Shown here: positions 14,382-27,029 of the stretch, piece by piece
How the letters are laid out: each line of letters starts with the position of its first letter
How positions within the stretch are numbered: the first letter of the stretch is position 1
Assembly (NCBI RefSeq): GCF_006345805.1
Contig: NC_043000.1
Span: forward strand, 56,296,001-56,360,000
Reading direction: 5' to 3'
Source of the DNA: Octopus sinensis
Taxonomy: Eukaryota
DNA length: 64,000 nt
The notes under the pieces: generated by a model
Told to the model about the DNA's origin: nothing
The model's database searches: none
The model's input: only the letters and a program-made list of their open reading frames with translations
Position numbers and translations under genes: made by a program

Positions 14382-14415
14382 GATATATATGTGTGTGTGT
14401 GTGTGTATGTGAGTG

Positions 14416-14464
<49 letters not shown>

Positions 14465-14549
14465 ATCAGATGCTGGTCCTCACTGAGGAAATGACAAGAG
14501 ACTGGGAGATGTGGTTATTTGCTGTATTTGATAAGACATGTCAAGCCAG

Positions 14550-14958
14550 TTAAAATCACTGTCTTCCACACATACAGGCTTGTACTTTCAGGTGCCAGTG
14601 CCACTTAAAAGGCACCTGTGCCAGTACTGTATTAATACACCTGTGCTGGTGCTATGGAAGTGCACCTGTGCCAGTGGCACGTGAGAAGCACGCAGCACAT
14701 TCTGATAAGTAGTTAGCATTAGAAAGGACATCCAGCCAGAGAAACCATACCTATTTCTTTACTACCCACAAGGGGCTAAACACAGAGGGACAAACAAGGA
14801 CAGACAAATGGATTAAGTCGATTACATCGACCCCAATGCCAGAGAAACCATACCACAACAAACAGTTGGAGTCTAGGCAGCTTCCTGCTAGCCAGCTCCA
14901 TGTCAAACTGTCCAACCCATGCCAGCATGGAAAGCGGATGTTGAACAATGATGATGAT
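14550..14958 (+). mobile_element. Family D element interrupted by a family A SINE
   Basis: Similarity to family D; nested TSD. Confidence 0.7.
14752..14837 (-). mobile_element. 5'-truncated family A SINE nested in a family D element
   Basis: 17-bp TSD gccagagaaaccatacc (14735-14751, 14838-14854). Confidence 0.85.
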
Positions 14959-16836
14959 ATACATGTATATGCACATGCACACACACACACACATACATGT
15001 ATATATTCCAATATGCATGTGTGTGTATATGTGCATGTATGTGTGTGGATGTGTATATGAAGAAGAGATACACAAACACACACTTAAATACACACATATA
15101 TATATATATATACCTGACCTGCACATGTATATAATATTTTGCATGATTACACATACATTTGATATTTCATATAAAATTATTAATATATTCTAGGGAGGTA
15201 TAATCATCATAGCTACTTATTTTGCTTCTCATTAAAATATAGGGGCCATACTTTCTAAATCAAATGTAGGGGCCATATTTTCTAAATCAAGCAAAATATT
15301 GCATTACTGCAGTTAGAATTCTTGTTGTTTTGTTGTTGTAGTTGACAATATCAAATTCGTTTTGTCACTTCCGTAATTCATTTTTCAAAATTTTCTTTTT
15401 CTGTCTTTTTACACTTAGTTTAAATATTTTAATTTTTTTTCTTTTTTGTATGTTTTGTTTGTTGTTTTTGTTAGTTAAACATTTACAAAAATTTTAATTT
15501 AGGTATGTTTGTTAGTTGCACCAAAAAGTTCATTCATCTCGTTTTCATACTGAAAGTGATTAAGTTATTCACACCATCTAAACTGAAATGATTCAACAAA
15601 TCAATAGGTTTTCTTGTGATTAAAGATTTCCACTTAAAATTAGACTTAAACTATGAACTATCAAAAACAATGAGTTTGTTTCGCTCTGCAAACACATAAA
15701 GACAAACTGAAAGGTGAACCAAGACAACAATATCGGGAAGAAAAACAACAACAACAAAAACAAAAAGGAAAAACAATAAAGAAAAAAATAGAAAAGAAAC
15801 CAATAAATAAATAAATAAATAAATACAGCAAAATGTCTGTCCAAATGTGTCTGCAATTATAGGAAATGGCTTATATCTAGATTGAAGTAGAAATAAATAC
15901 AAAGTGTGGAGACGGTGGGGTGGGGTGGGGTGGGATATATGAAAGTAACAACATTATTTCTGGTACTATCAACAGAACGAAGGTGATAGATTGATGATAT
16001 TTAGCAAAGAGCACCTAAAGACTGTTATAACTTCAACTATTGCAACAACAACAACAACAACAGAAACAAGAGTACATGAAACAGTCAATAGCATTGCAGC
16101 TAGAGTTGTTGTTGTTGTTATTGCTAAACACTGTTCAGCTTTGATTAATCAAACCTACACACAAAGGCATTCAAGGCACGACCATCCAGTCAAATGTGTT
16201 ATACCATTTTTTTTACTTTCAAGATGGTAGAGATGTAATTTTAGAATAATCGGGCTGCTATTTCTACCAGGTTCATCAACCACACATCAGAAGCCACTTC
16301 ATTAACTTTAGAGTGATTTTAAGTTATTGCTGTTGTTGCTGCTGGTGTAGCCAGTAATCAATAGTAATGAGATTAAGCATACTAGAGAAGTACTCATTAA
16401 TACCATAATATAGTATAATGTATCTTAGTGGTATTACTAATGTTGACAATAGTGTGCCTAGTTATTGTCATCTGTCATCTCCTATTGTAGACGACAGATG
16501 AGGGTTCCACAATTTCTTGGTGAACAATCTGCACAGATGATTTGTTTATAGTGACCAAATGTTTCCACTGTTCATTAGCTCACTACATCAAATCAACATT
16601 GCCTATACAGGTGCACAGGGTGTCATATGTCAGATGTCAAAGTGATCAGAGAGCAATGTGAGATGAAATGCTTTGCTCAACAACACAATACAATACAACA
16701 CATCACCCATTCCAAGAATCGAAACCATAATCTTGCAATCATGAATGTAACACTCTAACCACAGGGCAATGTGCCCTCACCTATGTCACTAACACAACCT
16801 GTTCCTCACTGATATTACAGTACAATCTACAACATA

Positions 16837-17101
16837 AATAATAATAAATAAATGCGCCCTTTTAAAGCCTAGCCAGGCTCATGGGCCCGGTTTCCTGGTT
16901 TCTATGGCGTATGTGTTCCCCAGCTGGATGGGACGCCAGTCCATCACAGCGTTACTCATTTTTGCCAGCAGAGTGGACTGGGGCAACATGAAATGAAGTG
17001 CTTTGCTCAAGAACACAACGCGTCACTCGGTCCAAGAATCGAAACCACAATTTACGATCATGGTGCTGACACCCTAACCACTAAGCCACGCATCTCCACA
17101 C
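16837..17101 (-). mobile_element. Family C SINE
   Basis: 14-bp TSD caatctacaacata. Confidence 0.9.
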
Positions 17102-17844
17102 CAATCTACAACATAGAACATCATAACTACCACAATAAATCTTACAATGTTACAGTGAAAAACTAATAAATGTGACAATAAACCCTATGATGTTATGACA
17201 GAACTTATAATACAGTAAGATAATATTTATCCCTGCTTAAATGTGGAAGTTCTGTTAGAGCCAACAAGTGAACAAACAAGCATGTATTTTGCCCCAAAAG
17301 ACCAGTATGAGAGTTTCTCTCATGATATCTGCCACAGTATAGTTTGTACTAACAGAACATCCACGTTTAAGTGGGGATGAATATTACCTCTCATTATTCA
17401 TACTGTTTCTTTCGCTAATATATATATTTCCTATAACACAGTATTCTGTAATCACCACAATAAAATTTATGATATTACAGTAAAACCTATAACACAGTAT
17501 CCTGTTTGTCCATTTTTACATCCATTTTTCCATGCTTAGACTGATGCTTTATTTATCAAACACAAAAGGATACCACTGTAACAGTAAACTCAGTCACAGT
17601 GTACCTTGAAATTGTAACAATACTGTCTACAAAAGTAAATCTTCAATTCTACAATATAGCCTACGACAGTACAACACTATTTTTTCACTACAATATTAAT
17701 TGAAATGCTGGATCAAATTACCTTACTTACAGAATATTATTCTATTCCTCAAGTATCTGAGTTCAAATTCAGAAGGTATTGTCTTTGCCCTTTCCATAAT
17801 TTAGGACTCAATGAATTAAACATCCATCAATGGTATATTGTTCA

Positions 17845-18365
17845 CCATATGGTCCAGTCCTTGTTGTGGCATGTTGGCTTGTGTGCCTCACTGACCCCAA
17901 CAGCTATGCCAGCAAAGTGCAAGCTTCTGGCAGGGCCTCTAATACCGGGTAGGTATTAAGGACCAACTCTTCCTAGAGGTAAAAATGGGTTTAATTTGGG
18001 TTAACTCCCTATTGTGTCGATGCCCCCAGATGATGAAGTAGGCTAGCCCAATACGTAGATATAGAGGGAGAAGTCTAGACATCGAGGAGTTTAGTAGAGG
18101 TCATCTGAATGAGCGATATAACAATGGCAATGAGGATTTTGTAGCTCACACAGCCACTGTGTAGTATTGCAATATAACACTCCCCTATCTCGAAAAATGC
18201 ATCAATGCATTATAGAAGCATCAATGATAATTCACAACCATGACCTGGGAGAGAAGACAACCCTGAGTGAAGACTAGTGGAGAAAAGTTATTAATGGTTT
18301 ATGCTCCATAGGAAGCACAGGGCTTAAGCAAGTAAGTATTGTGATTAGCAAGTAAGTACTGTGAT
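17845..18365 (+). mobile_element. RTE-derived internally deleted element (5' UTR-like part plus ORF C-terminus and caagtaagta tail)
   Basis: WRKVINGLCSIGSTGLK near 18278 and a short tandem tail. Confidence 0.5.
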
Positions 18366-18524
18366 TAATTCAGTTATCCATGCCCACACATATAAAATCA
18401 TATGATTAAGATAGTCATAAACATTGTAATTTGTTTAGAAACACTAAAAGTTTCTTACATCTTTTAATCTTTTGATGCCTATAATAAATGGTTCTTAAAA
18501 CATCTTTACTCTTCTATCACTTAT

Positions 18525-18573
<49 letters not shown>

Positions 18574-18601
18574 CCACCACCACCACCACTGCTACCACCA
18601 C

Positions 18602-18654
<53 letters not shown>

Positions 18655-18810
18655 CCATCACCACCACCACCACCATCATCTTCTAACATCTATTTTCCAT
18701 GCTGGCATGGGTTATATGGTTTGACCAGAGTTGGCAAGCCAGAGAGCAGCATCAGATTCCAGTCTAATTTGGCTTGGTTTCTGCAGCTGGATGCTCTTCC
18801 TGTCGCCAAT
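18525..18810 (-). mobile_element. Family D 3' end with expanded (CAT/CAC)n tail
   Basis: ttttccatgctggcatgggtt motif after a ~155-bp triplet tract. Confidence 0.7.
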
Positions 18811-19725
18811 TGGTTTCTGCTTGAAACCGTTTATTATGTCGTTATGTATAGCTAGCCATCACTTGTAAACAAATAATGCTTGGTAACATGAATCACACAT
18901 TCGCCAATTATTTCAGTCACAAGCACCTTCACTCTTGATCCAGTGGCACATCCAGAAAGTAGAAACAAAGGAGATGGGTAAGAAGCTGCACCAGCACCAA
19001 ACCAGTTTTCATTTACCAGTGAGTAGACTGAAGTGATTTGCTCAAGGGCACAATACACTGCTGAGGCCAGGAATTGAACCCACAATCTTATGATCAAGAT
19101 CCAAACACTCAAGCCACTAAATTACAACACCCTTACTATACATTTATATGTACCTAAATAATTTAAAATGACATTTTCATTTCAAATTTCCCAACTCATT
19201 CAACACTTAATCATAAGTACAAGAAAAAAATTAGGTCCAACTCAGGATGTTCAAAGCATTTTCATTGCCCCACAAAATTTTAGGAGGGTGCAAGTGCACT
19301 ACCTTCACCTCTGCACTTAGCAGTCCACAACCATGGAACATGTTTATCTCTCTTCCACCAATAACAGCATAATTCTTTGCATATTTTTCTATTCACTTCA
19401 CATACTCATTACCTTCATAGCAACGTATACTAGCAGTTACTATAAAAGATGAGTTCTGAAACTCATCTTTCTAACATATTTTTTTTCTTTTATTCTTCGC
19501 ACTTCAAAAATGCTGCACAACCATTATCCATCAAGCTTTTACTGCACTACCTACTTACTCTTTCATCCACATTTTGTCTCCCTCCCTTGCTCACCACCTC
19601 TCTCCACAGTGTTTTCTGGAGATTAAAAAAAAAACTTTCTCATTATCTCAATGCTTTGACAATTTCCGTCATGAACAAAACAGTGTGTGTCCTATAAGCA
19701 TTCATGTATGTGAGCATGTATTGTT

Positions 19726-19762
<37 letters not shown>

Positions 19763-20594
19763 TTATGTATATATGTATGTATTTTATGTACACGTATATG
19801 TATATTTGTATGCATATATATATATGTATATATGTATGTATACGTGTAAACATATGTAAATGTATATATATATATATATGTATATGTGTAAATATATGTC
19901 AATATATATATATATATATGTGTGTGTGTATGTATATGTGTAAGTATACATAAATATGTGTGCATGTGTGTGTGTGAGAGAAAGAGAGAGAGAGAGAGAA
20001 AGACAGATCTACAAAATAGAATGAAACTGATCAAAACTGATGCACAAGAGATAAAACAATCCATTCATTCAGCAAAGGAGGCACCAATAAAGTGAAGTTC
20101 ACTGCTATTTGATATTCCCCAAATCCAAGAGTAGCCAAAGTTAAATGAAACTTTAAGCATGGTGTAAAATAATAATAAAACAGATGAATGGATTTCATGA
20201 TATATCTTAATGAAACATTTGTAGATATGCTATCTCACACCTACTTCCTCTCTTCACTCATACCCACCTTCTCTCTTCATCGTTATCCCCTCCATCCTCA
20301 TCCCACCCCTACACATCCCAACCCACCACCCCACCCCTACCTCCACGTCCTCACCCCACCCTCACATCCCCACACCCCACCCTCGCATCCCTACACCCCA
20401 ACTCTGCCACACCATACCACACACCACCACACCACACACTTACACGCACACATCAAAGCCACCAGCCCCTATCCACATGCACACACACACACACTCACAT
20501 ACACAAGCATGTGCACCTTCATATTGGGATCACCAATACTTTATTATCTTCCCATCTTCCTAGCTCTCCTGTCTAACAACCTCTGTCCAGCCAG

Positions 20595-20780
20595 CCGCCA
20601 TGACTGACTGCTAGCTCCAAAAGTTATTTTTATTCTCTCTCTGTTTATTTCCTCATGTTCCTTTCTGTTGAAGAGCATAGGCTCAAAACGTAAAAGACTT
20701 TCTCACCTTCCCGAGCATTAAACTAATACACCTGTTTGTTGTTTATACACCTGTCTTCATCTTTTGTGTTCTGTAAACTT
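20595..20780 (+). mobile_element. PLE terminal-repeat-like fragment with degenerate hammerhead (20661-20696)
   Basis: CTTT-CTGTTGA-a-GAGC(atag)GCTC-AAAA-CGTA-AAAG. Confidence 0.55.
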
Positions 20781-20798
20781 CATCTATATCTATATCTA

Positions 20799-20842
<44 letters not shown>

Positions 20843-20852
<10 letters not shown>

Positions 20853-21395
20853 TATATAAAAATATATATATATGGAGATGATGTACAGGTATTATATATT
20901 AGAAAAAATGAGGTAATCAGATCGGATGGTTCATGATTTATAGATATTTATTTATATATTACATTTTTTACATATATATCATATCATTCAGATCATATCA
21001 TTCGGATCAATATATATATATATATAATATATAGACACATACACACACACACACATATATACACACACAACACATTCCTGATGTGAATCAGACAGAATGA
21101 ACTAAACAGGACAGGAGGAGACACATGTGATGGAGAGTTGCCGCAGAGGTCATACGATGTGACAAAGATTTCAGATGAAGGACACTAAAATACGAATAAT
21201 ACTAAACCTGAAGTGTAGAATGAGTATATAGTGCATGTGTTTATTTGACACACAAAGAAAAGAGAAAAGATAACTAGTTTGATAAGTGACATTGTACAAA
21301 ACTCTCAGACCCTGAGTCACTTTGTTACTTCTGCTAAATATTAATAAAAATATACATATATTCATATTTTGGTTCTATTTTTCTTTTTTGTACCA

Positions 21396-21448
<53 letters not shown>

Positions 21449-21628
21449 ATATACACATATATATATACATATATATATAAAAATATATATATATGGAGAT
21501 GATGTACAGGTATTATATATTAGAAAAAATGAGGTAATCAGATCGGATGGTTCATATTTATAGATATTTATTTATATATTACATTTTTTACATATATATC
21601 ATATCATTCAGATCATATCATTCGGATC

Positions 21629-21661
<33 letters not shown>

Positions 21662-22022
21662 TACACACACACACACATATATACACACACACACACATTC
21701 CTGATGTGAATCAGACAGAATGAACTAAACAGGACAGGAGGAGACACATGTGATGGAGAGTTGCCGCAGAGGTCATACGATGTGACAAAAGATTTCAGAT
21801 GAAGGACACTAAAATACGAATAATACTAAACCTGAAGTGTAGAATGAGTATATAGTGCATGTGTTTATTTGACACACAAAAGAAAAAGAGAAAAGATAAC
21901 TAGTTTGATAAGTGACATTGTACAAAACTCTCAGACCCTGAGTCACTTTGTTACTTCTGCTAAATATTAATAAAAATATACATATATTCATATTTTGGGT
22001 TCTATTTTTCTTTTTTGTACCA

Positions 22023-22062
<40 letters not shown>
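20843..22062. repeat. ~620-bp near-identical tandem duplication
   Basis: ggagatgatgtacagg at 20874 and 21495; copies differ mostly in homopolymer and microsatellite lengths. Confidence 0.9.
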
Positions 22063-22067
<5 letters not shown>

Positions 22068-22554
22068 GTTTAATAGGTTTATGTAATTGATTATTAATTG
22101 AAGAAGAACACACTGAAGGAAGGATTTAAATACTGCTTTGAAAAGCCAAATCTTATGGCAAAATTTCTAACTGGCCAGACACTTTTAAAATTCTGTGGTA
22201 GGGTGGAGAGAGAGAGAGAGAGAGAACAGACAGAGCGAGTGAGAGAGCATGGGGAGGGTCTAAATTAAAAGATACTGCTCATGGAAACAAGAAAATACAT
22301 TGTATGTAAAAGAATGTTTACATTTTTGAGCTTGAAATGAAATACTTTCAAGAAAAGAACTTCATTTCATGTTGCTTTCATTCATTCGTTGGAAAAAATG
22401 AGTAATCCAGTGATGGACTGGCATCCCATCCAGTGAAGGGAAAATATATATACCACAGAATCCAGGAAACTGTCTTTGATCCTTTTTTGAAATATGTAGC
22501 TTTGGTGATACAAACAAGAAATAGAACTCAAATTATGAGTAATATATATATATA

Positions 22555-22948
22555 CTAGCAGTATCGCCCGGCGTTGCTCAGGCTTGTAAGGGAAATAACT
22601 ATAAAGCATTTTTAGAGAGTTATAGCCAAAAAATAGCAAAAAAATGCATTAAAAATGGAAAAAATATGATGGTAATTTTTTTTTTAAATCGTTGACTCAT
22701 CATAGACATTTTTAGAGAGTTACTTCCCTTATATTTAAAAAATATGCATTAAAATGGAAAAAAATGATGGTAAATTATTTTTAAAATCGTAGACTCATCG
22801 TAGACGCGCACTAATACCCAGAAGGGCTCGATATGAATCACGACTATAAGATACCCAGTTTTGGTTAAACTGCACCGCAAAATGTGGGAGTAGTTAGGAA
22901 TCTAAATCGGAGTAGACAGACACACAACCTTACTTTTATATATAAAGA
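22555..22948 (-). mobile_element. Non-autonomous Helitron, copy 1
   Basis: Minus strand starts TCTTTATATATAAAAG and ends with a GC-rich hairpin then CTAG|T. Confidence 0.8.
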
Positions 22949-23454
22949 CTAGCAGTATCGCCCGGCGTTGCTCGGGTTTGTAAGGGAAATAACTATATAA
23001 GCATTTTTAGAGAGTTACTTCCCTTATAAATTCAGGCTTTCTTAGCCATTTTTGTTTTGGTGTCTTCAAGCCATGAAGTCGTTGTTCTAAAAGAATGCTG
23101 GTTTCCTTCACAACGCATTACCGCGTTGATTTCTTTACACTCCCTTCCCCACAGCTTCACGAGGAAGGGAAGGGGGAGAAGCAAACAGGTGCAGCTGTGA
23201 GCGTGGACGCCAACTCCGCCGCCATCGACATACGATGCATTTTATGCATTAAAATGGAATAAAAAATTATGTTAAATTATTTTTAAAATCATAGACTCAT
23301 CGTTGACACGCGCTAATAGTCAGACGGGCTCGATATGAATCACGACTATAAGATACCCGAATTTGGTTAAACTGCACCGCAAAATGTGGGAGGAGTTAGG
23401 AATCTAAATCGAAGGGGACAGACACTCACACAACTAGAGTTTTATATATATAGA
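22949..23454 (-). mobile_element. Non-autonomous Helitron, copy 2 (abuts copy 1)
   Basis: A|TCTATATATATAAAA start; hairpin cccgagcaacgccggg then CTAG end; terminal segments homologous to copy 1. Confidence 0.8.
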
Positions 23455-23768
23455 TATATATATTTATTATTATTAATACTTGACGGAAGTTACAGAGTGA
23501 CTCAAAAGTTGAAAGTTTCATGCATTGATACTTATTAAAGTTTGCTTAGCTTATGTGCCAATACACAAAACTCATATCCCTTGCATCATTCAGTAACTTC
23601 TACTGATTAGTAACAAGTAAATATATGTATATACAGATAAGAAAAGAGGTATACAGATAAGAGAAGATTAATACACTAGTAGTGCCTATGGATACATTTA
23701 TCCCTCAGACAGTTGCAGAACCTCTAACTCATAATATATATGTGTATGTATATATATATATATATATA

Positions 23769-23841
<73 letters not shown>

Positions 23842-23958
23842 TAGATAGATATATAATGTACATATATATGCATATACACACACAAACATATATGTAGATA
23901 TATATATATATATGAGATAGATAGGTAGATATAGATATATTGATATAATATATATATA

Positions 23959-24108
23959 TTGGCGTTAGGAAGGGCATCCAGCCGTAGAAACACTGCCAGA
24001 TCTGACTGGGCCTGATGAAGCCTTCCAGCTTCACAGACCCCAGTTGACCCGTCCAACCCATGCTAGCATGGAAAGCGGACGCTAAACGATGATGATGATG
24101 ATGATGAT
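23959..24108 (+). mobile_element. Young family D 3' end
   Basis: ttggcgttaggaagggcatccagccgtagaaac...ctaaacgatgatgatg. Confidence 0.8.
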
Positions 24109-25617
24109 ATATATATATAAAAATATATTTGTGTCTCATATATATGTATGTGTGTATATATATATGTGTATATATATATACATGCAACATACATACACAC
24201 ACACATATATACATACACACACATCCCTTATGCATATACATGCATATACCTGTCCGCACACCTTACAGATGCAACAAAAAGTGAATAAATGAATGTCCAT
24301 GTGAAACATATTTAATTTTCCCAAAATAAAAATGAACTGAAAACTATTGATTGAGAGCCAATATATTAGAGAGGACCTCAGTTGATGCTTCAGTCAGCTT
24401 CAAGATTGAATACAAAGCTTCGGGGTATATCATTGACAAGATAATGGAACTAACTTATGGCAGCCTGTTTTCTTATGACAGTAGACAACAAAATAATATT
24501 AATATACACAGGAAATATTCCAATATCACACAGATGTTACAAAACACACGAAAAATAAAAAAAAAAGAACTTAACAAGTAAAAAACATTAGGAAAAAATT
24601 ATGAAGAACAACACAGACAAAAGGTATTCCTATTAAAAACAGCCTGCAGTAGCAAAAATCAAAATTTTCTCAAGGAATAGAGATGTTTATTTATATATAT
24701 ATACTTTATTTCCTGTCTGTTTTGTTTTGAAAAATAACAATAAAATATATGCAGAGCTCTTGATAATCTCAGCTCTGCATGTTTTTAGTTAGTTAGTTTA
24801 TTTGCCAGCTTCTAAATTACATTGTAAAGAATAGAATGCTGTTTGTAGTTAGAGCCTTCCACATGCCCGAAGCTGGAAGATGTCATTGACTTCTTTAGTT
24901 TCATTTTAAAGAATGTGCTGTTGTCAAAATCAAGTATGAATGCATTAAATTTCACTGATTCTGTATCTATAGGGAATTCAACAAGAGTTGTTCCTGTATT
25001 ATTGTTTATGTTGTTGTTTTTTAGCCTGAGTTTAGTTCTTATCAAGCAGAACTATGACCAAAAGCATAGCAACCATGACTAACCCATCTTTTTCCAGGGT
25101 ACAGGAATCTAGGAACCACATTATCCAACTCATCCCTTTTTTTTTTTTTAGATCACTTTTATTTGTGATAATTTGCAGTAGATTTGGCTGTTATTTCCTG
25201 CAGGTAACAAAGCTTTTTCATGGTTTATTAAATTCTGCAATCCATTGCCTTCCTTAAGGTTTCTGTTAGGGATGACCTCATATTTGCACCAGTCATTAGT
25301 CTTCAGGTAAAGGCCACACCAAGCCTTTTTTTCTTTTATCCTTTAATGGAAGGCCATCAATGGCCTGTGCAACAAATATCACCTCAGTATACCACTGACA
25401 TTGTGCAAGGGAAATACAAAGGTGTATACAGTTTGACAACAGTCATCACAGGCACACTCAGATTGTAAAATATAAAGAATGGGAACAAAAGCCATGAGGC
25501 TTTTTGTTCTGCACTCTAATAATTCCACTGATCTGGACTGGTACTTCCTTTTATTGACCCTGAAAGCTTGAATGGCAACAGTTACTCCAATGGCATTTAA
25601 GAACCATAGCAAATATT

Positions 25618-25836
25618 GGTTTCAAATTTTGGAACAAGTCCAACAATTTAAGAGGTGGGTGTAAGTCAATTACATCAACCCTGATGATCAAATGGTGCCT
25701 TTTTTATCAACCCCCCACTAAAAGGATGAAGAGCAAAGTTGACCTCAGCAGAACTTCAACCCAGAACATACAGAGAAACAAATGGTTGCTAAGCATTTTT
25801 CCTAATATGTTAACGATTCTGCCAGCTTGTCACCCT
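25618..25836 (-). mobile_element. Family A SINE
   Basis: Similarity to other family A copies. Confidence 0.75.
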
Positions 25837-26068
25837 TGACCAGAGCAAATATTGCAAAGCATTTTGTCCAATGTTCTAATGATTCTGCCAAACCACTGTT
25901 CTTCTGCCCTCACTGACAATAACAAAATTGATTATAAAACTGAAGAAATGATAGGGCTTGAACTCATGAACAAGTCCTCAATGAGATACACACCTTAACA
26001 ATACTGGCAGTATACACACACAAATAAACATATACATTTTACATATATAATAATATATATACACAAAT

Positions 26069-26290
26069 TAAGGCAGTAAGCTGGGCAGAATCATTAGCAT
26101 GCTGGGTGAAATGATTAGGAGCATTTCATCTGATTTCATGTTCTGAGTTCAAATTTTAGCAGGGTCAACTTTATTTTTCATCCTTTTAAGGACAATAAAA
26201 TGAGTACCAGTTGAGCATTAGGATCAATGTAATCAACTTACCTACCTCCCACAAAATTGTTGGCCTTGTGCCAACATTTGAAATCAATAT
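26069..26290 (+). mobile_element. Family A SINE
   Basis: Similarity to other family A copies. Confidence 0.75.
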
Positions 26291-26994
26291 ATATATATAT
26301 ACAGATGCACAGAACTGAGAATTCAAGGGATTAAAAACTGAGTGAAATTACTCAACCAGAAATCAAACATACACCACTGTCTTGGCTTACCAGGTGCTTA
26401 CCAGTATTCTATCTATGGTACTTGTAAACAGACACATGAATGCATTATATATCCTATGTGTATATCAACATAAACACAAATGCAGAAAACCAAGAAGATC
26501 ATATGAGCATCAATGCTTGATTTATTTATACAAGTAGCATCACATAATGCACCAGTCTTTTGAACATAATGAAATTTTTCATCTGATTTCTAGAAGACTT
26601 CTTACTTGAGATAGAGATTAAGATTAAAAATTAAATGTTTCAGATTGTTATTTACCTGACAAAGTTTCTTAATCTTTATTTCTGCCTCAAAAGATAAGAA
26701 GTCTCACTTCCAGAGACCAAAAGGACAAAAAAAGAAGAAGAGTAAAATAGATACCAAAACAATAACAAAAGCAAATACTGGTTTATTAAGAAGCATTTCA
26801 AATGTTTGTTCCATAACTGCATACAATAGTAACCTACACCACCCACAACCCATAGTAATTTACATTTATGTATGACCTATATACATGGTGTACAATCTAA
26901 ATACATACACAGAGAGAGGAAGAAGAGGAAACAGACAGATATATATTTAAATCTGTATTATGTATCTATATACATACATATGTATATATATATA

Positions 26995-27029
<35 letters not shown>

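Noticed and set aside
24769-24780. Short hairpins such as atgcagagct..agctctgcat (24749-24780), 16469-16500 and the imperfect inverted repeat at 26595-26704 as miRNA precursors
   Set aside because: Stems are too short or too imperfect, and such hairpins are expected by chance or from MITE decay
24851-24932. Possible plus-strand exon (EPSTCPKLEDVIDFFSFILKNVLLSKS)
   Set aside because: Weak acceptor, no partner exons and no recognised homology
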